This document shows positions 16,801 through 24,023 of a stretch of DNA of 24,023 nt, one piece after another. The notes beneath the pieces were generated by a model. The model was not told the origin of the DNA. It saw only the letters and a program-made list of their open reading frames with translations, and did not search any database. The stretch's first letter is position 1, and the number at the start of each line of letters is the position of its first letter. The position numbers were made by a program, and so were the translations under genes. This stretch comes from a virus (lineage: Duplodnaviria; Caudoviricetes), in IMG/VR virus record IMGVR_UViG_3300025828_000194, positions 1-24,023 of that record, one strand, 5' to 3'.

Positions 16801-18306
16801 GGCCCCGTCAGATCTTTGCCAAACCATAATTGGGTCAGCTGCATTTTGATCCCACTGCGTTACGTCAGCAAACTTGGGTAAGACACCGTACCTATCGCCT
16901 CCAGATTTAAACTGGAAAGTTTCTGCATCAACCTGGATGGACCGCAAATCATCTCCGCCCCAGATTGGGAGGCTGCTTTCTTCTATTGCTTCGTTAATTG
17001 GAGATATTGGTTTTTCGGGAATATTTGGTGCTTTATTGTGAACTACGGCTTCTGTTGCTGCTGCAGATCTTTCCGCATGTTCTAAATTAGCTCTTGCACC
17101 CTGCCATGCCTCATCAATTTCATTCTGTTTTGTTAACCAGTCATCAATGTTTTTTGTGGATTGATCCCATAATTTTTTAATGCCATTGACATCTAAGTCT
17201 TTGGTAATTTGAGCAAGCTGCGCGTTCCTTTCTTCAATAGTAATTTCGCCGCGTTCATAAGCGTCAAGCACTGGTTGCCATAATTCGGCTTGCTGTTTTT
17301 TTACTTCTTCCCAAGATATCTTGTAACCTGCTTCAATATCGAGCAGCCTATCCATTTCTTTTTGCCATCGTGCTAAAGGCAGAGGCAGAGGCAAATCTTC
17401 TAAAGGATTTGTGGTTTGCAGATCTTCAAGTTTTTCAAGAGCAACTTCAGCAGCTTTAGCATCTGCAGATGGTGAGTCGGCAAGGCCGCTATCTTTGTAA
17501 GCCTTAATTCCTTTCTTTACTTGATCCGCAGTTAACTTCATGGTCCCAGAAAAAATAGCGCTAAATGCGCCGCCAGCTGCCGTTCTTGTAACAAAGTCTT
17601 CCCAGCCATACTCATACCCTAGCTCTTCGTACCAGGAAGCAACTCTTGGCTGCAACAATGCTGTTACTCCTGCGCCAACAACAAATTCGCGCAGCAACAA
17701 CGAACCAAGAGTTTTAGCGCCAGCTGAGTAAAGACCAGATGGTAATGTTAGATATGTGAATGGATCATAAGCAGCAGAAGCAACACCAGCGCCCATACCG
17801 ACCAGCCAGTTAGTCGCACCGTATGACCTCCCCTCGACTTCCATGTATTGCTGTCTTTTGCTTCTAGCAAGGTTTTTTGCCTCCTCTTCTATATTCCTGG
17901 ATGCGAAATCTGCAACTTCCGGGAACCGATCCTGGTTATCCAAAATATGCTTTCTAATTTTATTGGCGCGTTCTCCGTAGTCAGATGTTCCGCTATAAGC
18001 AAAAGATGATTCTGGATCAATCATCTCTCCACGCTGTTCAGCTTCATATATTTCTCGTTCAGTTTTCTCCGCAATGATGGAGTCGCCTGGATTGTCGAAA
18101 GTAATTCCGTCACGCTCTTGGATTAAATCAATATATGGCTGCCATGCGTCTTGGTGCGAATACAAGTCAGACACAAACAGCTCATTGTAAATGCTGTCTT
18201 GCAGAGCAAATTCCCAAACTTCAGAAGCGCTTGCGCTAGGTTTGTTGCTCCAGACACTAGGCTGGAATGGAGCTTGCGATTTTTTTTGGAAAAGAAACGA
18301 ACTCAT
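13858..18306 (-). CDS. Polyvalent internal virion protein (ParB-like, GNAT, ParB-like and RelA/SpoT-like domains)
   Basis: 1482 aa in the ejection-protein block. Motifs: VADGHQR (aa ~507), FQGRGIG (aa ~938), LRDGNST (aa ~1049) and PVK...TDIAR...GY...EIQ...HKLYE (aa ~1170-1300). Confidence 0.8.
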   Translation of the reverse strand: MSSFLFQKKSQAPFQPSVWSNKPSASASEVWEFALQDSIYNELFVSDLYSHQDAWQPYIDLIQERDGITFDNPGDSIIAEKTEREIYEAEQRGEMIDPESSFAYSGTSDYGERANKIRKHILDNQDRFPEVADFASRNIEEEAKNLARSKRQQYMEVEGRSYGATNWLVGMGAGVASAAYDPFTYLTLPSGLYSAGAKTLGSLLLREFVVGAGVTALLQPRVASWYEELGYEYGWEDFVTRTAAGGAFSAIFSGTMKLTADQVKKGIKAYKDSGLADSPSADAKAAEVALEKLEDLQTTNPLEDLPLPLPLARWQKEMDRLLDIEAGYKISWEEVKKQQAELWQPVLDAYERGEITIEERNAQLAQITKDLDVNGIKKLWDQSTKNIDDWLTKQNEIDEAWQGARANLEHAERSAAATEAVVHNKAPNIPEKPISPINEAIEESSLPIWGGDDLRSIQVDAETFQFKSGGDRYGVLPKFADVTQWDQNAADPIMVWQRSDGANFVADGHQRLGLAKRIMDTDPAQEPRLPVIIFRETDGFSAEDLRYSAAIKNIRQGTGSALDAARVFKMRPEDIEKLSFGKESAIARQGRAIMAINEELWPYMINGLVPMNYGAVIGQLIPDDAAMQEAAFKVLARIEPNNEFQATQIVKDVKVAGYEKVTQEGLFGAETFIDSYFEERAVILDRAQKQIRKDKAAFNNIVRNASRLEEEGNVVIKENNRRRITDEEKTLEILTALANARGPISSALTDAAKIARESGKYDGAVEQFLGSVRRAVDEGEFDRYASGDDFVHSRNQAEVSERPQVVQDEDFSLFDDVVGEGATKQAADAFEEVRQNVAKSIGKFDEDAYIELINPGGLRVPEVEAMRLDSLELTDLTMDEAFDFPISTVEIARVDGVIYMKDRSGPDIFAMHETEDLILGYWRRYEGGVQGLVATDFQGRGIGSTLSYLYRSQNPKAQSGGLTAAGEAVARKVFRQMAAIRLKPDPSLYFDTTGDYLMVSLRDIKPIRARGEGIFNAKVFMSQAEEGLMEKRMPVEAKDLGDGTYELRDGNSTYSVAVDSGWESMPIRVTTDEEFASATSEKAMANILRPGAKEKPRYVDKQESDKVSFGSFMNEVLHNQEFESFDSMMTRGAANHQALNEAVEKIANDLGLEFKPKKDDAGKFLVPPVKEADATIEKLVEKYKADPDNLLPSLYNVTDIARTGMTVYRPEDARAVLKKLNEDYKWHIIDEGWGKTPVGYFDAKALVIMPDGMLAEIQFWPPGMLDAKNTADLTRFGYEATYVNKKGETKPYTGGHKLYELWRALKRDDDGELINEADIDVEKRLSTEMRTLYQEVADELPSTFDSMLATLEIDRRLVPSLSARDAASAADISGDLSSINIREAPLPDLQAPARPSHTDTTSLSTSHAASDMPSTMKNLTSNTSEFSVTDLVNETNDPDGFPTAGIFVDEDAQMQPRMQTFDEMQKDFEMDDALIERFKDCV
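14000..14040 (+). promoter_or_regulatory. Putative sigma70-type promoter (extended -10) and Shine-Dalgarno for the nested antisense gene
   Basis: TTGGTT (14000-14005), 17-nt spacer ending TGT, TACACT (14023-14028), then GGAGGT (14035-14040) 7 nt before GTG 14048. Confidence 0.6.
14048..14308 (+). CDS. Nested antisense gene, 86 aa; candidate immunity/antitoxin for the RelA/SpoT-like domain
   Basis: Strong RBS and promoter. The sequence is protein-like (MRFFMVDGISLAAWDVDSDVVSVWDGRAGAWRSGKGASRILMDDRSPEISAAEAASLALKLG...) while the overlapping - strand segment becomes Ser/Thr-rich and shadow-like. Confidence 0.6.
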   Translation: MRFFMVDGISLAAWDVDSDVVSVWDGRAGAWRSGKGASRILMDDRSPEISAAEAASLALKLGTNLRSISSVANMESNVEGSSSATS

Positions 18307-20660
18307 TTCCCGTACAGCTCCTGCCAGGCTCTAATATTGATTATCAGAGGATCTCCAAAGTCATCTGTAATCCCTTCGTGATAACCAAAGGAATCACCAC
18401 GAATTAGATAGTATTGGTCTTTACCGTAAGCAACTAATGAATACAGGGCGCTTTCTTCTCTGATGTCTTCAGATAAACCAGGATTAACAACTTGCCCGTC
18501 TGTGACTTCAAAAAATTGCTCATCAGTGACATTCTTTAATAGTTTCTTAACATCATCAGCATCGGTGTTATCTGGCAGGAGTACCATATTGTTCCTTGCC
18601 ATTTCATGGAATCCACCTTTACCTGTAGATTTGTTTTGACCAAATGCTTCTTGAATTGCTTGCGCATAGATTTCTTCATTAAATTCACCTAAACCTTGTG
18701 CTCTGTAGGCATAGATGCCTTTTGCTAATTCGTACCCTGCGGTCATTGACGAAGGGTTGTTTATTAACGACTTTCCTACTGTCTGGTTAAATACTTCTTG
18801 CATTGTTGTTTGGTCGTATTTAACTGGTGCGCCGTTCTTAATAAGGTCTAAACCTTGTAGCGCATCACTAACTACAGAGTGTTTACCGTCAACCAGTAAT
18901 CCGCCAAGGTGCGCGTATTCATCTACATTTTTGGCATCAACAAGTTCGCCCAAGACGATTGGAGCGTCATTACCAAATCCTTGCGCAATACTGGTTAGCA
19001 GCGCATGGCGTGACCCTGCGTCGCCGTTTTTCAATAAATCAGATAACGCTGATCTTTCTGCGTCAGTAGTAAACTGGGGCGTCGTTAAACCAAACTTGTC
19101 TGCTACAAAGTACGCATCGCGACTCCGACGCGCTGCGTTCTGCATCCACTCCTGGCTAACCTGTGGGCGACCATTAACAAGAACTGCTCTGCCTCTATCA
19201 TCACGCTGATACATATCCGCAATCAAAGGACTCGAAACAATAAGATCTCGATTCTGTGCAGCTTCCAGGGCATCACCACTTGCTATCTTGGAACTCAGTC
19301 CAGAAAGCATCTGACGCCCATTCTTGATGACGACAGCCGCTTCCATTGTTACGCCACCTGATTCCTTAGCTTTGCTCTCCATCTCGTCAACTGCTGCAGC
19401 TAGTTCTAAAGGACCCATTTTCCGCATGCCAGTAATGATGTCGTAAGTTGCCTTTAATACGTTTTGAGCCTGGACTAAAGATGCAGGAGCTTGAGTTCCT
19501 AAAGCAGCAATCTGTCTATCTGGGGCTAGAATTGTTGCTACCCCAGGATCAAACCCATCTAACAAAAGCCTTGTTGCGTCTGCTTGCTGCTTCTCAATGG
19601 TTTTCACTACAGCGTTGATTTGGGCTTTCATCGAGCTTATTACGCCTTTACCGTGAGAAATCGTAGCTCTAAAGTCAGACGAAACCATTCCAACCTGGTC
19701 TGGCGTACCCATCATTACATCAAGCAATTTTTTCTTTTTATCCTCAAACGACACTTCTGGATTGTTAAAGTATTGCTCAAGCTCAAGTCTTTGCTCGTCA
19801 GATAACAGCGCTTTAGCTGCTTTATCCAACTGTTTCTGTGTTCTTATTTCACCTTCTATTGCGTTTTTTAGCTGCTTTACTTCTGTAGGCAAAAGATACG
19901 ACAATTCAGAAGCAATATTATCTGGGACCTTCCCTTGCTCGAAATCTGCAAGAAATTTCTCAACAACCTCTACTGGCTGCGTACTACTTAATGCGTCAAT
20001 GTGATTTACGATTCTGTTTTTAGCTACCATTGTCCTGGTAGTCATTGCTCTTGCTGCAGCTTTATCTGGTGATATAAAGCCGTTCTGTATGCCGTTGTCG
20101 TAAAAACTTTTGATGCCATTAGCAGGGTCACCAAATAGTTCTACAGATGCGTTCATGTCACCGCTTGCTGCTGCAAGTTTTAGGCTTTCTTCTCTTTCAA
20201 GCCAGGTAGCTGTGCCGATACTGGCGCGCATAGATCGAGTAAATCTTTGTACATTAGCGGTTTGTTTTTGCGAAGTGGCATCGTACTGTAGAAAAAACTG
20301 TTGCCTGGTGGCGTCGTTCTGAATTGCTTTAGACTGTTTCTCCCGGTGAAAAGTTACACTGTCCTGCCAATACTGATCCGCCTCGTCTGGGTTTCCCCTT
20401 TTTGCCATTTCTTCTGCCATAGCAGCAGATTCACTTAGCATGCGGTTCGACTCATTAAGAGCTTTTAATCGCTCGGTTTCATTGCGCTGCTGAAGCTCAG
20501 CCTTGCCATACTGAAACGCTGCGTCTTCTGCCTGGGCATAAAATGCTTTCGCTGCTTCAGCGCCACGCGCAAACTGCTGAGGGCTTGCTTGTACTGACAT
20601 ACGCTGCCCACCAACTTCAGTGGTCCGCTGAACTTGCTGGGTATAGGTAGGTACTTTCAT
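18303..20660 (-). CDS. Internal virion (ejection) protein
   Basis: 785-aa helical protein starting MKVPTY, located between the gp14-like gene and the polyvalent gene; ATGA coupling. Confidence 0.7.
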   Translation of the reverse strand: MKVPTYTQQVQRTTEVGGQRMSVQASPQQFARGAEAAKAFYAQAEDAAFQYGKAELQQRNETERLKALNESNRMLSESAAMAEEMAKRGNPDEADQYWQDSVTFHREKQSKAIQNDATRQQFFLQYDATSQKQTANVQRFTRSMRASIGTATWLEREESLKLAAASGDMNASVELFGDPANGIKSFYDNGIQNGFISPDKAAARAMTTRTMVAKNRIVNHIDALSSTQPVEVVEKFLADFEQGKVPDNIASELSYLLPTEVKQLKNAIEGEIRTQKQLDKAAKALLSDEQRLELEQYFNNPEVSFEDKKKKLLDVMMGTPDQVGMVSSDFRATISHGKGVISSMKAQINAVVKTIEKQQADATRLLLDGFDPGVATILAPDRQIAALGTQAPASLVQAQNVLKATYDIITGMRKMGPLELAAAVDEMESKAKESGGVTMEAAVVIKNGRQMLSGLSSKIASGDALEAAQNRDLIVSSPLIADMYQRDDRGRAVLVNGRPQVSQEWMQNAARRSRDAYFVADKFGLTTPQFTTDAERSALSDLLKNGDAGSRHALLTSIAQGFGNDAPIVLGELVDAKNVDEYAHLGGLLVDGKHSVVSDALQGLDLIKNGAPVKYDQTTMQEVFNQTVGKSLINNPSSMTAGYELAKGIYAYRAQGLGEFNEEIYAQAIQEAFGQNKSTGKGGFHEMARNNMVLLPDNTDADDVKKLLKNVTDEQFFEVTDGQVVNPGLSEDIREESALYSLVAYGKDQYYLIRGDSFGYHEGITDDFGDPLIINIRAWQELYGK

Positions 20661-21164
20661 TTATGCCATCCCGTACAAAGTTGCTGCTTTTGTTGCGCCA
20701 CTTAGCAATGTTCCAGCTGCGCGATACTCTGATTCTCTAACTGCTTGTTTACCGTAAAGCCTGTTTAAATCAGCCTGTATTCTCTCTTGAACAGCGCCTT
20801 CCAGCACCTGAGCTTGGGCAATAGCTGTATTGTATTGCAAGTTAGCTATGTCCTGGTCAGCTGCTGATGCAGCTTCAATCTGCAACTGCAATCCTGTACC
20901 TGTGTCGGCGTCCCATCCGTTCATCGCCAGGGTACGCTCCTGCATAGCCCGGAACTCTGCGTAACGTCCTTTGATATCCTGGACGTTTAAATCGCTTTCC
21001 CTCTTTATGACTTCAGCGCGCTGCTCAGCGATAACTGCGTTTCGCTCATTTACATTTGCGTTAAATTCCAGAGCAACCTGCTGCGACTTACCAGAGTCAA
21101 TAGCAGCCCCAGCTCCTAAAAGTGAGCTGCCGACTGCTAATATTGCTGCTGCTTCAAAAGACAT
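20661..21164 (-). CDS. Small internal virion protein (T7 gp14-like position)
   Basis: Hydrophobic Ala/Gly N-terminus, helical Ala/Gln core, NGWDADTGT turn and AAGTLLSGA end; immediately after tail tubular B. Confidence 0.7.
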   Translation of the reverse strand: MSFEAAAILAVGSSLLGAGAAIDSGKSQQVALEFNANVNERNAVIAEQRAEVIKRESDLNVQDIKGRYAEFRAMQERTLAMNGWDADTGTGLQLQIEAASAADQDIANLQYNTAIAQAQVLEGAVQERIQADLNRLYGKQAVRESEYRAAGTLLSGATKAATLYGMA

Positions 21165-21168
21165 CTAA

Positions 21169-23451
21169 TCACCTATCAAACGTCTGAAGGCGAGGATAAA
21201 TCGCCAACAATGTCATTGGCAGAGGCTGGCTCTGCTCCACAACGATGAAGCCATCAGTATCGTAGTCTCCATCGAACTCAATATCTTTGTCGCCAGTGAA
21301 CATCGGTACCGCCGTATCCATCGCAGCAGCTGAGCTGCGGAATGGAATAATGTCCAAGGTAGCCTCTTCCGGTCCAACTTTAGCGCCCACCGATCTGTAT
21401 AAGCGTAGTGTAACGTCTCGGATTCGCTTGGTCTTGCCCTGACTGGTGCCTTCTGTGCCACCTGCATCGATTCGCATTGTCTGCAGCCTGGAGGTATATG
21501 GAAGCCCTATGTGTACATCAGACGCGCTACGGTCCAGTGTCACTGCGCCAGATGCCACTGTTTTATCTGCATGAGCGGAACCATCAGCAATAATCGAAAC
21601 AGTCTGCCCTTCCAGGTGATCGAGTCCTGACAGACTGCTTGTTGCGCTGCCTTTGTATGTCAAACCACTATCGAGGAAATGTGCATCCAGGATGTCATCT
21701 CCAAAATCAAAGTTGCTGAAATATTCAACATAGCGAACAGTGCCGCCATCAACCTGACGATTAACCACCAGGTAAACCGCATCTTCATCCAGGTCACCAG
21801 GAATTGTAGCAATCGACTCAACAAAGCCATACGCATAATCAACGCTGTTGACTGTCGAGCTGCCACCAATTTTATGCTCGTGCCAGGCAATGACCTGCTC
21901 TTCACGGCGATAAGTCATGCCAACCAGCTTGCCGTTCTCCAGGACACACCACACCACGTTGTCTGGCTCTTGCTGGAACGCCATCTCTTTGATGCCTGAT
22001 TCAGTGATATGCTCAGAAAGCAGCGTTAAATCTGGCGCGTAGTAAGAGTCAGAGTCAAAGTCATACACCAGTTCCCGGACCTTTCGCTTCGCTCGCTGCA
22101 CAAACAGCGTGACGTTCCCAACAGGAACAGGCTGAATGTTAGCTGCGCCATAACTCGACTGGCGTTTGATCTGCGCATTTGTAGGACTAATCGGTTCAGT
22201 TGTTCCTGACGCAGAAACAGCAAACTCACCTCCAGATGTCCCAACAATCAGAACTCGGCCAGAGGAAAGATACTGGATGACGTTTACCTGGTTTGATCCG
22301 ATAGTGTAAGTCAACGCATCTGCTGCGCCTGTTCCCTGGGTAAAGTTTTCAAAGTCACCGCCCTGGGAGAAAAAGATTGTTTGAGGTTCTTCCTGAGTGT
22401 TTGCAAACACCAAACGCTGCTCGTAAAACGCAACCGTCGCTGGGTAACCAGTAGTCTCAGAGAACGCTCCAAGCTGATAACCTTCGTCAGCTTCGAGGTC
22501 GCCAACCATCGTGACAGTATCCCCGGCAGCTTCATCTGCCAGGTCAACAGATGGTGCAAACAAGATTGTATCGTCAGTGACAGAAACAATAAGTGCGGAT
22601 GTCTTGTTATTGCTGGTGCTTCCAGTAATCGTCATTCTCATGCCGACTTTGAAGCCCTCGTCAATGAAACCGCCAGCACTATCCTGGATTCGGTCGTTAT
22701 GCTCTAAACCTGTTGCACTAGGATCGCCTTCAAAGAACTGGATCGTAGTCGTTGTGTAAGAAGGCATTAACTCGGTGCGACCATCTTCGTTTTCCAAAAC
22801 AGTCGCGCCAACAGATGTCGCGCTGGTGTAGCTAGAGATTGCAGCATACCCATCATGCAGCTTAACGATCCTGCCAACATCTGTACTCGCAAAAGTATTT
22901 ACACTTGCCGTGATTGTTACCGTTCCTGTCCTGGCGCTTGCAGTCAGTGTCGAGCCATCGAGGAGCGGATCTTGGAGCGGCCCGCGACGAAAATCAACTT
23001 CTGTGATCGTCCAAGCAGTATGGCTTGTTCTCGTAATCTTTTGTACAGGATGATCTGGATGGACCAGATACATAACGTCAGCCGATTGCGTGAACTTGAG
23101 ATTTGCCAGCTCTGTGTGCGCATAGGGCGTCGTTACCTCTACTGGGCTGCCGCCCGATACAACAGTGCCTCCATCCTTATGAATCCGGAAATACAAGTCT
23201 CCAAACTCCAGGACGTAAGCCTGTTCAACATTAAACTCAAATGGGATCAATCGGCAGTTGTTAGCACTGTTCTTAACTTCTCGAACAAACAATGTGCCTG
23301 GACGACGGCTTGCACCGCCATGAGGATGGACCACAAAGTTAGATAACTCCTTGCAGCCATTGAAGTATTTACCTAGATCAGTCCGACCGTCCAAGCGCGG
23401 AGACAACTCACCCGCTGTAAAGTTGGCAAAAACTGGACTCGCTTTAGCCAT
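21169..23451 (-). CDS. Tail tubular protein B (nozzle, T7 gp12-like)
   Basis: NFTAGELSPRLDGRTD, HGGASRRPGT, LIPFEF, QSADVMYLVH, GYPATVAFYEQRL, GLDHLEG and QPLPMTLL. Confidence 0.92.
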   Translation of the reverse strand: MAKASPVFANFTAGELSPRLDGRTDLGKYFNGCKELSNFVVHPHGGASRRPGTLFVREVKNSANNCRLIPFEFNVEQAYVLEFGDLYFRIHKDGGTVVSGGSPVEVTTPYAHTELANLKFTQSADVMYLVHPDHPVQKITRTSHTAWTITEVDFRRGPLQDPLLDGSTLTASARTGTVTITASVNTFASTDVGRIVKLHDGYAAISSYTSATSVGATVLENEDGRTELMPSYTTTTIQFFEGDPSATGLEHNDRIQDSAGGFIDEGFKVGMRMTITGSTSNNKTSALIVSVTDDTILFAPSVDLADEAAGDTVTMVGDLEADEGYQLGAFSETTGYPATVAFYEQRLVFANTQEEPQTIFFSQGGDFENFTQGTGAADALTYTIGSNQVNVIQYLSSGRVLIVGTSGGEFAVSASGTTEPISPTNAQIKRQSSYGAANIQPVPVGNVTLFVQRAKRKVRELVYDFDSDSYYAPDLTLLSEHITESGIKEMAFQQEPDNVVWCVLENGKLVGMTYRREEQVIAWHEHKIGGSSTVNSVDYAYGFVESIATIPGDLDEDAVYLVVNRQVDGGTVRYVEYFSNFDFGDDILDAHFLDSGLTYKGSATSSLSGLDHLEGQTVSIIADGSAHADKTVASGAVTLDRSASDVHIGLPYTSRLQTMRIDAGGTEGTSQGKTKRIRDVTLRLYRSVGAKVGPEEATLDIIPFRSSAAAMDTAVPMFTGDKDIEFDGDYDTDGFIVVEQSQPLPMTLLAIYPRLQTFDR

Positions 23452-24023
23452 TAGAACCTCGATCTAATAAATGTATCTGCCTCCAGGCTTCCCGAATCTG
23501 TCACGCTACCGATGCTACCCGGAGTACCTTCAGTTGCATCGACGAACCTAGCCTCTGATAGTTTCTGTTCGTACAAGGCTCGCATCTCCTGGGCCAAAGA
23601 AGTGCTGCCAACCAATGGATAGGCTACGTCAGCTGACAAAGCTGCAGCTAAAGCCTCGATCAACAATGTATCGTACTGCGCTGGATCAGTTACTTTCCCG
23701 ACATAAATCAAGTCAACAGTGTCTTCATCGCAAAGAATCTTGCGCCCTTCAACACGGTGAACAATGTCCAGGTAACGTAAATTCAAAACCCGTAAACAAT
23801 ACGGGTCGGTAGGCAGCGTAAACGCATTGTCGAACTCAAATGCTGGGGATATTGCATCTGGAGCCAGGGTTACCCTGGTAACCAGGCAATTCCAGGGATG
23901 TGCGCGAAACACAGAGTCCCTTACATATTCGTAGCGCTGATTAAGAATCCGCGCTGCTTTACTGTCCTCAGTGAGGGCGATGATATTAGATGCGCCAATT
24001 TGGTTTAACGCACTATTACAAAT
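23451..24023 (-). CDS. Tail tubular protein A (adaptor, T7 gp11-like), 5'-truncated
   Basis: The frame is open to the window end: ICNSALNQIGA...RDSVFRAHPWNC...LPTDPYCLRV...EARFVDATEG...FIRSRF. TAATG coupling to tubular B. Confidence 0.9.
   Translation of the reverse strand: MCNSALNQIGASNIIALTEDSKAARILNQRYEYVRDSVFRAHPWNCLVTRVTLAPDAISPAFEFDNAFTLPTDPYCLRVLNLRYLDIVHRVEGRKILCDEDTVDLIYVGKVTDPAQYDTLLIEALAAALSADVAYPLVGSTSLAQEMRALYEQKLSEARFVDATEGTPGSIGSVTDSGSLEADTFIRSRF

Noticed and set aside
18715-19209. 164-aa + strand ORF, and similar long antisense ORFs (22855-23346, 5476-5895, 2717-3121)
   Set aside because: Shadow frames of well-supported genes, lacking RBS and protein-like composition.

Overview
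This is a 24-kb segment of a tailed dsDNA phage with podovirus-type architecture. The marine alphaproteobacterial host type is inferred from gene content only. Left (+ strand, 1-2138): a recombination module with a PD-(D/E)XK exonuclease, an HTH protein, an ERF annealing protein and two small ORFs, ending at a hairpin/terminator cluster (2133-2206). The rest is one convergent, tightly coupled - strand late operon. In order: tail tubular A and B, four internal-virion (ejection) proteins, a T7-gp17-like tail fibre, LamG/SPRY receptor-binding proteins, a chaperone-like protein, membrane/lysis genes (EF-hand 2-TM protein, holin, T4-type lysozyme) and three tiny basic proteins. Most notable: the 1482-aa ejection protein is polyvalent (ParB-like, GNAT, second ParB-like and RelA/SpoT-like nucleotidyltransferase domains). 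Directly after its RelA/SpoT domain it reads in frame through an apparent antisense gene (14048-14308) that has its own sigma70-like promoter and GGAGGT RBS, a candidate nested immunity gene for an injected toxin domain. Second: CCWGG and GCWGC are strongly enriched in the backbone but absent from the ~4.7-kb receptor-binding module, marking a module swap. All calls come from reading the sequence by eye; no searches were run.
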